Of a stretch of DNA of 64,000 bases, positions 55,163-63,911 are shown one piece after another. Made by a program: the position numbers and the translations under genes. Under the pieces are notes generated by a model, which was given only the letters and a program-made list of their open reading frames with translations, ran no database searches and had not been told where the DNA came from. The DNA is taken from the IMG/VR virus record IMGVR_UViG_3300037264_001719, positions 18,332 through 82,331 of that record; one strand, written 5' to 3'. The first letter of the stretch is position 1. Each line of letters opens with the position of its first letter. The DNA comes from a virus.

Positions 55163-55800
55163 TGAAGATTCCAGAGAAGCTGACCGTCGAGGAAGTCCAG
55201 AAGGCCATCAAGATTCCTGCGAAGAAGTGGCATGGACGGTGCTACGAGATCGCCTGTGCCATCGTCAGCGCCAAGCTCGTCAAGGGGCGTGCGGTGTATG
55301 GGCACTACTTGGGTCCGGTCGCCAAGACGGGATATTGGGCCGAACGCCGGGGACAGGGGTTCCAGCGTCACGGCTGGATTCTCCTCTCCGATGGTCGCGT
55401 CCTCGATCCGACGCGCTGGAGCTTTGAGGACAAGGAGCCGTACCTCGCACTCGTCGAGCGGAGCACTCTCAGGGACTACGACGAAGGGGGGAACGCCTTC
55501 CGTGCCGCGATGATGGGACCGCCGCCCGCCTTCCAGAAGACCGAGAAGGGGATGGACGTGTACGCGAAGCGGAGGCTCAAGATCATCAAGCTCAAGATCG
55601 GGGTCCTCGCTCGGCAGGAGATCATGCGACTCCTCAATCATCCTCCCGCGACGACGTGGCAGATGGTCCATTGGGTCGCCAATCTCCCGCCTGCGACTCT
55701 TGGCCCTGCCGCCCCGGAAGTCTTCCGGGCCATCGTCAAAGCGGGCCTGTCAACTTCGATCCCCTACGACAACCGGGTGGCGGTGCTCGGTGATAAGTGA
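55159..55800 (+). CDS. putative Cys-His-Asp papain/transglutaminase-like protein
   Basis: GRCYEIA, RHGWI, VLDPT. Confidence 0.65.
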   Translation: MMKIPEKLTVEEVQKAIKIPAKKWHGRCYEIACAIVSAKLVKGRAVYGHYLGPVAKTGYWAERRGQGFQRHGWILLSDGRVLDPTRWSFEDKEPYLALVERSTLRDYDEGGNAFRAAMMGPPPAFQKTEKGMDVYAKRRLKIIKLKIGVLARQEIMRLLNHPPATTWQMVHWVANLPPATLGPAAPEVFRAIVKAGLSTSIPYDNRVAVLGDK

Positions 55801-55807
55801 TCTCAAA

Positions 55808-56458
55808 ATGTCTGAGTCCGAAATCTCCAAGGATCAGGTCATCGAGCACCTGCGTCGGGCGCTGGCCGACCTGCAACGGAAGGCCGATGTTTTGAGCAAC
55901 GCCCTTGTTACGATTGACCGCGCCGTGGACAAGGCGGCGATGAGATACCTCTCATCTACGGTCCCCCACGGGAATTTGAGGTTTTCCGAGTTCCTCGAAC
56001 TTCTCGTGTGCGAGATCAAGAGGGCGCTCAACAAAAAATGGGGGAGTCGCGCCGAAATTCGTGGTTGGGTGAAGACGGCCATCAAGGAGGATATTGAGGA
56101 GCGGATCGAGAAGAGAATTGACTCGTTGATGCCTTCGATAAAGAAGAAGCTCTCGGAGTACGTTACGATCCCGGTCCTCATCCGGCCCGCAAAGCCGAGG
56201 ATGGGGCAAGAGATTCCGCCGTTCGCCGCGATGTCCGTCCGGGGAAAGATCAAGCATGGAAGAGGGCAGACCCCGGAGGATGCTTACGCCTCTCTCCGAG
56301 AGCGCCTCATCCTCGAACTCAGCGTCGCAGGCTATCGGATTCTCCAGAGTCAGGACGGGAATCTCGTCCCCATCTTCCAGAAATCCGAGCCCTATCTCAC
56401 CGAGGAGATCGAGGGCTTCAAGATCATAGCTCGAATCCAAAAGGAGGGAGCCCCGTGA
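55808..56458 (+). CDS. hypothetical protein
   Basis: ORF filling operon; coiled-coil N-terminus. Confidence 0.55.
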   Translation: MSESEISKDQVIEHLRRALADLQRKADVLSNALVTIDRAVDKAAMRYLSSTVPHGNLRFSEFLELLVCEIKRALNKKWGSRAEIRGWVKTAIKEDIEERIEKRIDSLMPSIKKKLSEYVTIPVLIRPAKPRMGQEIPPFAAMSVRGKIKHGRGQTPEDAYASLRERLILELSVAGYRILQSQDGNLVPIFQKSEPYLTEEIEGFKIIARIQKEGAP

Positions 56459-56727
56459 AGACGTTTGGACAGACCATCCATGATCGCCGCAAGGAGAAGG
56501 GCCTCTCGCTCGAAGTCGTCGCCCGGATGTGCGGAACGCACAAAGGGTACATCAGCGGGATCGAGGGCCGGAAGGTCAATCCGTGTTCGGCCAAAATCAC
56601 CGAGCGACTCTGCAAGGCGCTCGATCTCGATGCCGAGCGGATGATCGCTCTCGGCTGGATCGAGAAGTCCCCCGCCAAGATCAGGGGGTTGATGGAACGC
56701 TGGTACAAGGCTGAATTCGGAGAGTAG
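56455..56727 (+). CDS. XRE-family HTH regulator
   Basis: FGQTIHDRRKEKGLSLEVVA..GTHKGYISGIEG. Confidence 0.88.
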   Translation: MKTFGQTIHDRRKEKGLSLEVVARMCGTHKGYISGIEGRKVNPCSAKITERLCKALDLDAERMIALGWIEKSPAKIRGLMERWYKAEFGE

Positions 56728-56729
56728 CC

Positions 56730-56897
56730 ATGCCGACCAAGAAAGACGGCCCTCCAGCCTGTGCGTTCTGCGGGATCGAACTCAAGGATGGCAAGTGCCA
56801 AGAATGCGGCGGATGGACCGACAGTTACGGCCTCTTCCACAGACGGGAGTGCGGCGGCGGGTTCCACGAGAAGTGTGAGGAGAAACTCAAGTCGTGA
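56730..56897 (+). CDS. zinc-finger microprotein (55 aa, not in ORF track)
   Basis: MPTKKDGPPACAFCG...KCQECGG...ECGGGFHEKC; coupled to next gene. Confidence 0.6.
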   Translation: MPTKKDGPPACAFCGIELKDGKCQECGGWTDSYGLFHRRECGGGFHEKCEEKLKS

Positions 56898-57943
56898 GAA
56901 AACTGATCCCCGCGTCCGAACCGACCAAGACGGAACTCATCCGAGAGGCCCAAGAGTTCTTCTCCTCCCTCGTCTCACAACTCTTCGAGAAGGAGAAGGT
57001 CGTGCCCACTTGCGGGCGCGGGTGCGCGGCGTGCTGTTACGAGCCCGTGTACGTTGAGAGGACGGAGGCGGGAATCGCCATCCACGCCTTGAAGCAACTG
57101 CCGCACGCCCGGCAGAGGGAGATCAAGCACAGGCTCCGCGAGGTGGTCGAGAAGTTCCGGGCGTCCGAAGTCTTCAAGGCCCGGATGCCCCGGGCGGTCG
57201 AGTATCGGAAGCTCGGGCTCGCCTGTCCCTTCCTCGACCTCAAGACCCGGGACTGCATGATCTACAACAGCCGCCCCTTCGGGTGCCGTGCCCACTTCGC
57301 GGTCTCCCCTCGGGTGAACTGCGAAGACCTCACCAAGCACGACGACATCATGCTTGTCAAGCCCGGACCCGAAGTGGACCTCCTCATGGGGAAGGCGATG
57401 TTCGACTCCGGGCATGGGGAGATGGATCACTTCGTCCTCCTTCTCGCGGAGGAACTTTTCGGGGAACAGATCGAGAGCGGCTCCCGGGAAATCTACGGGA
57501 ACACCGACGACGAAGCGGAACTCTGGAGGCGAGCCATGAGCGCACTCGTGATCGACGAGCAGGCCAAGGCGCAGGTCAAGGAAGTCCTCGACTTCGCCTC
57601 GAAGCGGGAGAACTGGCGGACGTTCGGAGAGGGGGCTCCCCCGGGCGAGAGGCCGGGATACGTCACACAACTCACTCGCTTCCGGTGCGTCTACTCCGTG
57701 ACCATCATGAACGGCCTGCCCTTCCGCCATTTCTCCCTCTCCGTCCCTCAGAATCTCCCCCACCCCATCGTGACGTTCACCATCGCCAAGATGTTCGGGT
57801 TCACCGGGGGAGAGGAGCAGGGAACGGGCGAGGACGCCACGGTGGTTGGTCCCGGCCCGGACTGGCAGATGGGGCCGCATCAGGACGAGCGGGCCATCGT
57901 CATCGTTCAACGACTGCCGGAGGAAACGAGCCATGCCTCGTAA
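56894..57943 (+). CDS. YkgJ/CxxCxxCC Cys-cluster protein fused to a second domain
   Basis: CGRGCAACC, ACPFL, CMIYNSRPFGCR. Confidence 0.8.
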   Translation: MRKLIPASEPTKTELIREAQEFFSSLVSQLFEKEKVVPTCGRGCAACCYEPVYVERTEAGIAIHALKQLPHARQREIKHRLREVVEKFRASEVFKARMPRAVEYRKLGLACPFLDLKTRDCMIYNSRPFGCRAHFAVSPRVNCEDLTKHDDIMLVKPGPEVDLLMGKAMFDSGHGEMDHFVLLLAEELFGEQIESGSREIYGNTDDEAELWRRAMSALVIDEQAKAQVKEVLDFASKRENWRTFGEGAPPGERPGYVTQLTRFRCVYSVTIMNGLPFRHFSLSVPQNLPHPIVTFTIAKMFGFTGGEEQGTGEDATVVGPGPDWQMGPHQDERAIVIVQRLPEETSHAS

Positions 57944-58112
57944 GAAGAAAGACGTGCGGCGGGGGCCTCGCCGTTCCGACGAGTGCGCGTGGTGCGCCTA
58001 CAAGTTGAGGAAAGGCTGGCGTTGGTACTCGGACTACATGGGGGGCAAACACCGGATGCACGCGGCCTGTCTGATACGCCAGAGGGTTTCGGAGATGATG
58101 AATTTGGAGTGA
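57933..58112 (+). CDS. basic zinc-finger microprotein
   Basis: CAWC...H..C; GGAGG RBS. Confidence 0.55.
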   Translation: MPRKKKDVRRGPRRSDECAWCAYKLRKGWRWYSDYMGGKHRMHAACLIRQRVSEMMNLE

Positions 58113-58114
58113 CG

Positions 58115-58606
58115 ATGACCTTCGACGAACTACGCAACGAGATAGCCGAGATCAACTCGGGGGCTCTGCTCGCTGACGGCTACGAGGCCGCGCTCATCGG
58201 GTATGTCGAGCGGTTCGGACAGCCGCCGCTCGCCCTCTACGACCGGAGGAAGTGCATCGAGATTCTGATGAAGCGCGACGGCATGACGGACGAGGAAGCC
58301 AATGAGTTCTTCGAGTTCAACACCATCGGGGCGTGGATGGGTGAGAGCACCCCGGCCTTTGCGACGATCCTCTCCGCTGGCAAGAAGGGTCGGTTCACGG
58401 GGCTCCTCGACAACTGCTGCCTTCGGATCAACGAGGGCGACTTGATCCGGGTCGGGATGCGGCGTAAGGACGACAGGGGATGGACGATTCATCGCGTCGT
58501 TTGGCTGGCGAGCGACCGGGAATGGGGACTTGAGGACCCCAAGACGGGGGAGCGTGAGGGGATGCAATTGGATCAGGAACTACGGGCGAAGGTGGTCAAG
58601 CGATGA
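58115..58606 (+). CDS. phage hypothetical protein with YopX-like C-terminus
   Basis: ADGYEAALIG..YD..KC..ILM..DGM..EEA.EFFEFN, then FTGLLD...INEGDLI. Confidence 0.65.
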   Translation: MTFDELRNEIAEINSGALLADGYEAALIGYVERFGQPPLALYDRRKCIEILMKRDGMTDEEANEFFEFNTIGAWMGESTPAFATILSAGKKGRFTGLLDNCCLRINEGDLIRVGMRRKDDRGWTIHRVVWLASDREWGLEDPKTGEREGMQLDQELRAKVVKR

Positions 58607-58935
58607 CTCCCGAGAAGATTCACGCCACCGAGCAGGTGCTCCTCGTCAACTCGGACCTCTGCGACCTCTACGAGAAGCGCGGAGTCCCCCGGGATGATCT
58701 TCTGGAAGTCTTTCGGCTGGCGACGAAGGCCAGCGCCCCTCCAGAAGACGAGGCGCTGAACGCCCTCTTCGACGAGATCAAGGTCAAGGCCAAGGCCGCG
58801 TGGACTGAAAGCCAGCGCGGGCGGCGGGACTTCCCGAAGATGCTCCACGACGGACTCAACGTGGTCGTGGAGTCCGTCTTCAAGGAGACGATCAAGGCGC
58901 TCTACCCGCAGGAGGCCCCCGATGTCAAAGCGTGA
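58603..58935 (+). CDS. hypothetical protein
   Basis: ATGA coupling. Confidence 0.6.
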   Translation: MTPEKIHATEQVLLVNSDLCDLYEKRGVPRDDLLEVFRLATKASAPPEDEALNALFDEIKVKAKAAWTESQRGRRDFPKMLHDGLNVVVESVFKETIKALYPQEAPDVKA

Positions 58936-59428
58936 GTGCGGTCCCTGCTCGGTGTGTTGCACCCTCATGCGCGTTCCCGAGATCGACAAGGCGACGATGG
59001 TGCCGTGTCCGCAGGTTTGTAAAGGCGGCGGGTGCGGCATCTACGAGACCCGTCCGGGTTCCTGCAAATCGTTCGAGTGTATCTGGCTGCAAGACACGCG
59101 GGACATTCTCCAAGAGGACGACCGCCCCGACAGTCTCGGCCTCATGTTCTCCGTAATGTTCAAGACCGCCTTCGGGGACGTGCTGACCGCATGGAATGTC
59201 CACCCCGGCCAGCCGCTCACGGAGCGTGCGACACGAATCATCGAGAGGGTTGCGGAGAAGCAAGTGCTCCTCATCATCGACGGGAACCGCAGGTCCGTTG
59301 TCGGACCTCCCCGCGAGTTGCCCCGTATTCGCGCCATCATGGACGAGCGAAAGGCGTGGGCGAGCAAGCAGCCGGGAGGCGAGCGGCGATCCGGCGGGAA
59401 GGAACTATTTCCGAAAAAAAGGTCTTGA
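58922..59428 (+). CDS. YkgJ-like Cys-cluster protein
   Basis: CGPCSVCC, CGIYETRPGSC..FEC.WL, RPD. Confidence 0.78.
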   Translation: MSKRECGPCSVCCTLMRVPEIDKATMVPCPQVCKGGGCGIYETRPGSCKSFECIWLQDTRDILQEDDRPDSLGLMFSVMFKTAFGDVLTAWNVHPGQPLTERATRIIERVAEKQVLLIIDGNRRSVVGPPRELPRIRAIMDERKAWASKQPGGERRSGGKELFPKKRS

Positions 59429-59453
59429 CGAATATACGCATTTATGATATGAT
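59425..59453 (+). promoter_or_regulatory. sigma70 promoter
   Basis: A-tract, TTGACG-17-TATGAT with extended TG. Confidence 0.8.
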
Positions 59454-59479
59454 GCTCTCTGCAAATGAGGGATAGGCAG

Positions 59480-60196
59480 ATGAAAGCAAAGCGAATCAAG
59501 ACCGACGAGAAGTGCCAGCGATGCAACGAGCGCGTCGCACAGTACGTCGTCGAAATTTTCGGGGAGACACTCTGCCTCCCCTGCTACCAACTCCTCCAGA
59601 TCGAGAACGACCGGAAGCCCACGGGGAAAGGCGAGGTGCTGGTCTACGACCACGCTGGCACGGACGCGACCAAGTTGGTTCAGAAGTGGGCTGAGGAGAC
59701 GCTCGCTCCGTTCAAGCTCGGGAACACGACTCTCTACGTCACGCTCAAGACTTCGCGGATCAAGGAGGGCGACGTGTGCCTCAAGTTCCGCGAGCCGAGG
59801 AGACCCAAGCACAAGCGGAACTGGCATCGGTGGATCGAGGGCCGTGTGCTCGTGCGCGAAGACCTTGCGTACCCGCACGAGAAGAAGATCGCAGTCTCGA
59901 CTTGCAAGATCATCGATCCTGTTGCGAAAGCGTTCCTGCCCCCCGGGGACAAGGGCTGGTTTTACGAGTACGATACGGTGACGTTCAGCGACGCCGCCGA
60001 AGCCTTCGCGTGGGGCGCGGGTTACGTTATGTTCAAGTTGCTCCGGCTCGTCAAGGCCGTGCCCGGTCTCGCCACCAAAGTCGGATGTCAGCGCGAGGCC
60101 GGGGTCTTCCTCAAGAAGTTCAGGGAGTGGCGAGGCAAGAAGCATCAGACCTCCAGCCGGAAGAAGACCGATCAGCCGCTTGCGTTCGTGGGGTAA
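59480..60196 (+). CDS. hypothetical protein with N-terminal Zn finger
   Basis: CQRC...LCLPC. Confidence 0.65.
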   Translation: MKAKRIKTDEKCQRCNERVAQYVVEIFGETLCLPCYQLLQIENDRKPTGKGEVLVYDHAGTDATKLVQKWAEETLAPFKLGNTTLYVTLKTSRIKEGDVCLKFREPRRPKHKRNWHRWIEGRVLVREDLAYPHEKKIAVSTCKIIDPVAKAFLPPGDKGWFYEYDTVTFSDAAEAFAWGAGYVMFKLLRLVKAVPGLATKVGCQREAGVFLKKFREWRGKKHQTSSRKKTDQPLAFVG

Positions 60197-60198
60197 CA

Positions 60199-60927
60199 AT
60201 GCGCGAAGATAAGACCTGCGTCATCGAGAAGTACGAGACCTCGATCAGCCACTACCCGAACCGGAAGTTCGGGAAGGCCGAGATTCGCAGGTATCGGTCA
60301 ACCTCCCGGGCGACGTACTTTGCCGAGGGGGTCCGGGGCTACCTGTACTATGAGTACCGGAAGCCCGCCACCCTCATCGAACTCAGGATCGGCAGGAAGA
60401 CGTGGATGACTGACGATCCTCAATTTTTCTGGAGCCTCGAACATTTCGCGTCGCAGGCCAAGGGCCGCGTGCTTGTGGCGGGTCTTGGGTTGGGGATCGT
60501 CGTCCACCTGCTCGTCAAGAATCCCGCCGTCACGCAGATCGACGTGGTGGACCGCGAACTCGATGTCATCCGGCTCGTTCAGCCGCTCCTTCCCGACGAT
60601 CCGCGCATTCATGTTCACCATCAGGACTTCTACGAGTGGTGCGACCACGCTTCCATGAACACCGACTACTTTCCCGACACCGTGATTTGGGACTTAGCGG
60701 TGGGCACGGACGGGAAGATCAGCGAGGGCGGGGAGATCGTGGTCGCCGTGCCGCTCGTCGCCGCCCGGTTCATGCCGCTCAAGTGGGATGGCAAGAACTG
60801 GGTCGAGCGGAAAGACTTCAGGCCCTTCGAGATGTTCGTCCACGGTGTTGACCGTGATCCGGTCGGGGAGGCGTTCGTCAGGACGCCGGAGTTCAAGAGG
60901 GTGCGGGCCTGCATCATCGGGAGGTAA
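60199..60927 (+). CDS. spermidine-synthase-like SAM methyltransferase
   Basis: WMTDDP, GRVLVAGLGLG, IDVVD, DVIRLV, WD. Confidence 0.8.
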   Translation: MREDKTCVIEKYETSISHYPNRKFGKAEIRRYRSTSRATYFAEGVRGYLYYEYRKPATLIELRIGRKTWMTDDPQFFWSLEHFASQAKGRVLVAGLGLGIVVHLLVKNPAVTQIDVVDRELDVIRLVQPLLPDDPRIHVHHQDFYEWCDHASMNTDYFPDTVIWDLAVGTDGKISEGGEIVVAVPLVAARFMPLKWDGKNWVERKDFRPFEMFVHGVDRDPVGEAFVRTPEFKRVRACIIGR

Positions 60928-60960
60928 CTCAAAGATGGAACGAATCGAGAAGGAGATCGT

Positions 60961-61281
60961 GTGCCCGAAGTAAGACTTGCGCTCAACGAGGAGGACTTCC
61001 GAAAGCTGGCCTCGGGCCGCATCATCGAGACTGAGATCAGGTTTCGGGACGAGATCATCTGGCTCCAGATCGGCCTCCGCAATATCGGGAACGCGGCATT
61101 GGTAAGGGCGGTGGAAGATGTCCTCAGACAAAGACCGGGAGAACTTCGTCCTGCGGATCGCCTCTTTGAAGAACTCCCCGAAGGAGGGGGAGAAGATGAC
61201 CCGGAAGCGGGGGGAGAGGAAGAAGTGGGTTGCGACATTGAGCCCCCTCCGCAAGCAGGTGCGCCGCCATCAGGGTCGTGA
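60961..61281 (+). CDS. hypothetical protein
   Basis: AAGGAG RBS; acidic tail. Confidence 0.5.
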   Translation: MPEVRLALNEEDFRKLASGRIIETEIRFRDEIIWLQIGLRNIGNAALVRAVEDVLRQRPGELRPADRLFEELPEGGGEDDPEAGGEEEVGCDIEPPPQAGAPPSGS

Positions 61282-61305
61282 AGAAGAACCGATAGAAAGG
61301 AGAAC

Positions 61306-61779
61306 ATGATGCGCCAACTCAAGATCGAACTGCCGACGTTCCAAAACGGGGTTGCCCGGCAGGTCAAGGACTCCAAGGGCCGGAACTGGGAAGTCGTGAG
61401 GGAACTCATGGATGCCGCCGCGCCCGCCGCCGATCAGACGGAGTTCCTTACCCTCAGAGAGGTTCCTCGATGGGACATCCAGATCGAGGGATTCCAGATC
61501 GGGACGGCGGATCACGGTGAGGCGGGAGAGGCGATGCGGCTGGCGTTCAAGGCCGCAGGGCTCACTTCCCTCCCCGAAGCCGTGCTCGTGAAAGCCGTTA
61601 CCCCGGAGGAGCAGTACGCCGTGTTCACGTTGGGCGGGAAGGCGTACTCCGTCCCGCTCAAGCAGTTCTCGGAGGAAGTCGAGAAGTCGGGGGCGTGGAT
61701 CACCGCTCGGCAGGCACGCCGCCCGGAGATCGACGCACTCATGATCGAACTCAGGAAGCTCCAGCAGAGGCGGGCATGA
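61306..61779 (+). CDS. hypothetical protein
   Basis: GAAAGGAG RBS. Confidence 0.7.
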   Translation: MMRQLKIELPTFQNGVARQVKDSKGRNWEVVRELMDAAAPAADQTEFLTLREVPRWDIQIEGFQIGTADHGEAGEAMRLAFKAAGLTSLPEAVLVKAVTPEEQYAVFTLGGKAYSVPLKQFSEEVEKSGAWITARQARRPEIDALMIELRKLQQRRA

Positions 61780-62066
61780 CGAAGCCGAAGACCGGACAGT
61801 CCAAGTCCCCTCCTTCCGAAGAGACGGAGGCGATCCAGATTCGCAGGGATTCCCGGCTCGGGAAGAAGGCCCGGTTCATCCGGGCGGTTGCCGAGTACCT
61901 CGCCGGGAACCAAGCGGGAAAGAGCATCGCCCTCGAAATCGAATCGGGGGGCGGCGGTCCTATGAAGTGGGCGAGCGAGTGGGCGAAGGTCCGTGGGGAG
62001 TCGGGACTGTTCGGCTATCCCACGAGGGAAGAAGCCGAGGCGCAGTTGTGGGAGCTTCTCGGATGA
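61776..62066 (+). CDS. hypothetical protein
   Basis: ATGA coupling at both ends. Confidence 0.6.
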   Translation: MTKPKTGQSKSPPSEETEAIQIRRDSRLGKKARFIRAVAEYLAGNQAGKSIALEIESGGGGPMKWASEWAKVRGESGLFGYPTREEAEAQLWELLG

Positions 62067-62500
62067 ACTCTGTCAGCCTCCCGATCAAGGACCCGTCCCT
62101 CTTCTTCATCTGCCGCCTTTGCACGAAGATGGCCGAGCAAATAGGTCGAGGGGAGACCGTCTGCCATCACCCATGCGGCGGGCCGCGCAAGGGCCGGGCG
62201 TTTCCGTTGTATACCGGGCCGATGGCGAACGCGACCATCGAGACCCATTGTTTCGTCTGCGGTGTGGATGCCGAGAAGAAGCTCAAGATCGGGAACGGTC
62301 TGCGGGAACTCGGGGTGTGCATCAAGCACCTCATCTTCGCAGGGATCGACCCCAAGACCTTGCCCCCTCCCAAGACGGAGGATCGGGGCGTCGTGCAGAA
62401 GCGTGAAGTCCGGCGGGTCAGCATCTACGAGATGCTCAATATCGACCCGGTGAAGGACTTGGGATTCAAGGAGCCGGAACCGCCGGAGGAGAAGAAATGA
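62063..62500 (+). CDS. Cys/His-rich zinc-binding protein
   Basis: CRLC, CHHPC, CFVC, CIKH. Confidence 0.65.
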   Translation: MNSVSLPIKDPSLFFICRLCTKMAEQIGRGETVCHHPCGGPRKGRAFPLYTGPMANATIETHCFVCGVDAEKKLKIGNGLRELGVCIKHLIFAGIDPKTLPPPKTEDRGVVQKREVRRVSIYEMLNIDPVKDLGFKEPEPPEEKK

Positions 62501-62730
62501 GCCCAATCAAATGCCGGAAGTGCGGGAAGAACTTCAAGGGCCGGGAGAACGCCAAGACGCTCGTTCTGCCGATGCACCACGGATGGGTGGACCCGAAGAC
62601 TGCGAAGATGATCTTCTGCGGGACGGCCACGTCCGAGCAGGTCGTCATGTACAAGAAAGCCATCGAGGTGCTCAAGCGGAGGAAGCTCAACCCGGAGGGC
62701 TTCACCAAGATCGAGGGCGGAAAGGCGTAA
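62497..62730 (+). CDS. zinc-finger microprotein
   Basis: CRKC..H..C; GGAGG RBS. Confidence 0.6.
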   Translation: MSPIKCRKCGKNFKGRENAKTLVLPMHHGWVDPKTAKMIFCGTATSEQVVMYKKAIEVLKRRKLNPEGFTKIEGGKA

Positions 62731-62733
62731 GGG

Positions 62734-62964
62734 ATGAGATGGACCTGCCTGCTCTGCAAGAAGCCGCTCAAGCGGATCAACTTCCACAACGTCGAATGCC
62801 GAAACCACGACTTCCCGAAGCAACATCGACTGTGTGGGGTCTGCGTCCCGGTCCTTGTAGACGCCGAGGTCATCCGCTGGCACAACCCGCAGGTAGGGCA
62901 CGTCATGTCGCAGGATGACTCTTGCCCGTCGAGGGAACTCCTGACGGCGGTGAGGTTGATGTAG
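62734..62964 (+). CDS. zinc-finger microprotein
   Basis: CLLC, CRNH, CGVC, H..C. Confidence 0.6.
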   Translation: MRWTCLLCKKPLKRINFHNVECRNHDFPKQHRLCGVCVPVLVDAEVIRWHNPQVGHVMSQDDSCPSRELLTAVRLM

Positions 62965-62975
62965 CGGGCGGTGGA

Positions 62976-63004
62976 TAGACAAAGTAAATTATAGGAGATA
63001 TACT
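62976..63004 (+). promoter_or_regulatory. sigma70 promoter heading the microprotein array
   Basis: TAGACA-17-TATACT with AT-rich spacer. Confidence 0.75.
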
Positions 63005-63040
63005 TCACAACCTTGCGGCGGTGCTGAACGGAGGGAGAAC

Positions 63041-63172
63041 TTGACGGATAAGTGGCGGTGGTTCACGCACAACTGTCTCGCGCATCCCATAGCGGGAGTA
63101 TGCTGGTTGATCGGTCTCGTTCGGCTGGGTGACTGGTTGCACAACGTATCGACTCCGAGGCGTGACTCGTAA
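63041..63172 (+). CDS. 43 aa microprotein (not in ORF track)
   Basis: GGAGGGAG RBS, TTG start, MTDKWRWFTHNCLAHPIAG...DWLHNVSTPRRDS. Confidence 0.6.
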   Translation: MTDKWRWFTHNCLAHPIAGVCWLIGLVRLGDWLHNVSTPRRDS

Positions 63173-63182
63173 GGAGCAAGTG

Positions 63183-63398
63183 ATGGACGGCCCAGTTTCA
63201 TACCCTCAAGACGTGAAAGTGATCCGCGTGAAGCGCGGAGAGAAGGTCGCTATCCAATGGGAGTACACCTCCGCAGATGGTGTCCATGTGCCCCATGTCC
63301 GAGAAGTGTGGGTCTCTGAGGAAGAGGCGGAACTGATCTCGGTGATGGGTGGCCTTCGTCGTTGGTTTCACCAATCCCAAGAAGGGAAGAAGGTCTGA
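63183..63398 (+). CDS. microprotein ending SQEGKKV
   Basis: AAGGAG RBS; C-terminus encoded by repeat copy 1. Confidence 0.6.
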   Translation: MDGPVSYPQDVKVIRVKRGEKVAIQWEYTSADGVHVPHVREVWVSEEEAELISVMGGLRRWFHQSQEGKKV

Positions 63399-63399
63399 C

Positions 63400-63498
63400 A
63401 TGACTTGCGTGTACTGCCGATCCGAAATGATCCTGTATGGGTGGGGACTTGCTATCTGCCCGAAATGTGCGGGACACGAAACCCAAGAAGGGAAGTAG
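63400..63498 (+). CDS. 32 aa zinc-ribbon microprotein (not in ORF track)
   Basis: MTCVYCRSEMILYGWGLAICPKCAGHETQEGK*; bounded by two repeats. Confidence 0.6.
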   Translation: MTCVYCRSEMILYGWGLAICPKCAGHETQEGK

Positions 63499-63505
63499 AC
63501 CAACC

Positions 63506-63670
63506 ATGACGTTGACACGTCGCATTTGGTTGTGGTTCAAGCGCGAGTGGTGCCGCATTGGGCCGGGGCACGATTGGTGCGGGTACGGTGCGCCCCGTGA
63601 CCCGGACGAGCCGATGGTGACATTCTGCCGACGCTGTTTCATGGCCGATACTCCCCAAGAAGGGAAGTAG
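63506..63670 (+). CDS. 54 aa Cys/His microprotein
   Basis: MTLTRRIWLWFKREWC..GHDW...CRRC..TPQEGK*. Confidence 0.62.
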   Translation: MTLTRRIWLWFKREWCRIGPGHDWCGYGAPRDPDEPMVTFCRRCFMADTPQEGK

Positions 63671-63677
63671 ACCAACC

Positions 63678-63911
63678 ATGACTTCAGCGAAGACCGCCTT
63701 CGATGGAGAATGGGTTAAAACGGCCCCGTTGCTCTCTACTCGCTTTGGGGTAGGGGCTGATCCAAGATGTGAAGTATGCAAGCGTATGTCCTGCGCTCCC
63801 CATTGGTACTCGATCAAACGGAAGATTTTCAGATGTACCAAGTGCTTTACGCCAGAATCTTTAGGGGGTCGCAAAACCCAAGAAAGGCACGATGCGAAAC
63901 CCGCTGTTTAA
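63678..63911 (+). CDS. zinc-ribbon microprotein
   Basis: CEVC...CTKC; starts in repeat copy 3. Confidence 0.6.
   Translation: MTSAKTAFDGEWVKTAPLLSTRFGVGADPRCEVCKRMSCAPHWYSIKRKIFRCTKCFTPESLGGRKTQERHDAKPAV

Larger units (their letters stand above)
63376..63887 (+). repeat. 29-bp gene-junction direct repeat (3 copies plus 1 partial)
   Basis: CCCAAGAAGGGAAGTAGACCAACCATGAC identical at 63482 and 63654; 23/29 match at 63376; CCCAAGAAAGG at 63877. Confidence 0.9.

Noticed and set aside
63376-63887. 29-bp repeat as a CRISPR array
   Set aside because: Spacers are long and unequal (77, 143, about 195 bp) and encode ORFs; the repeat is not palindromic; no cas genes seen
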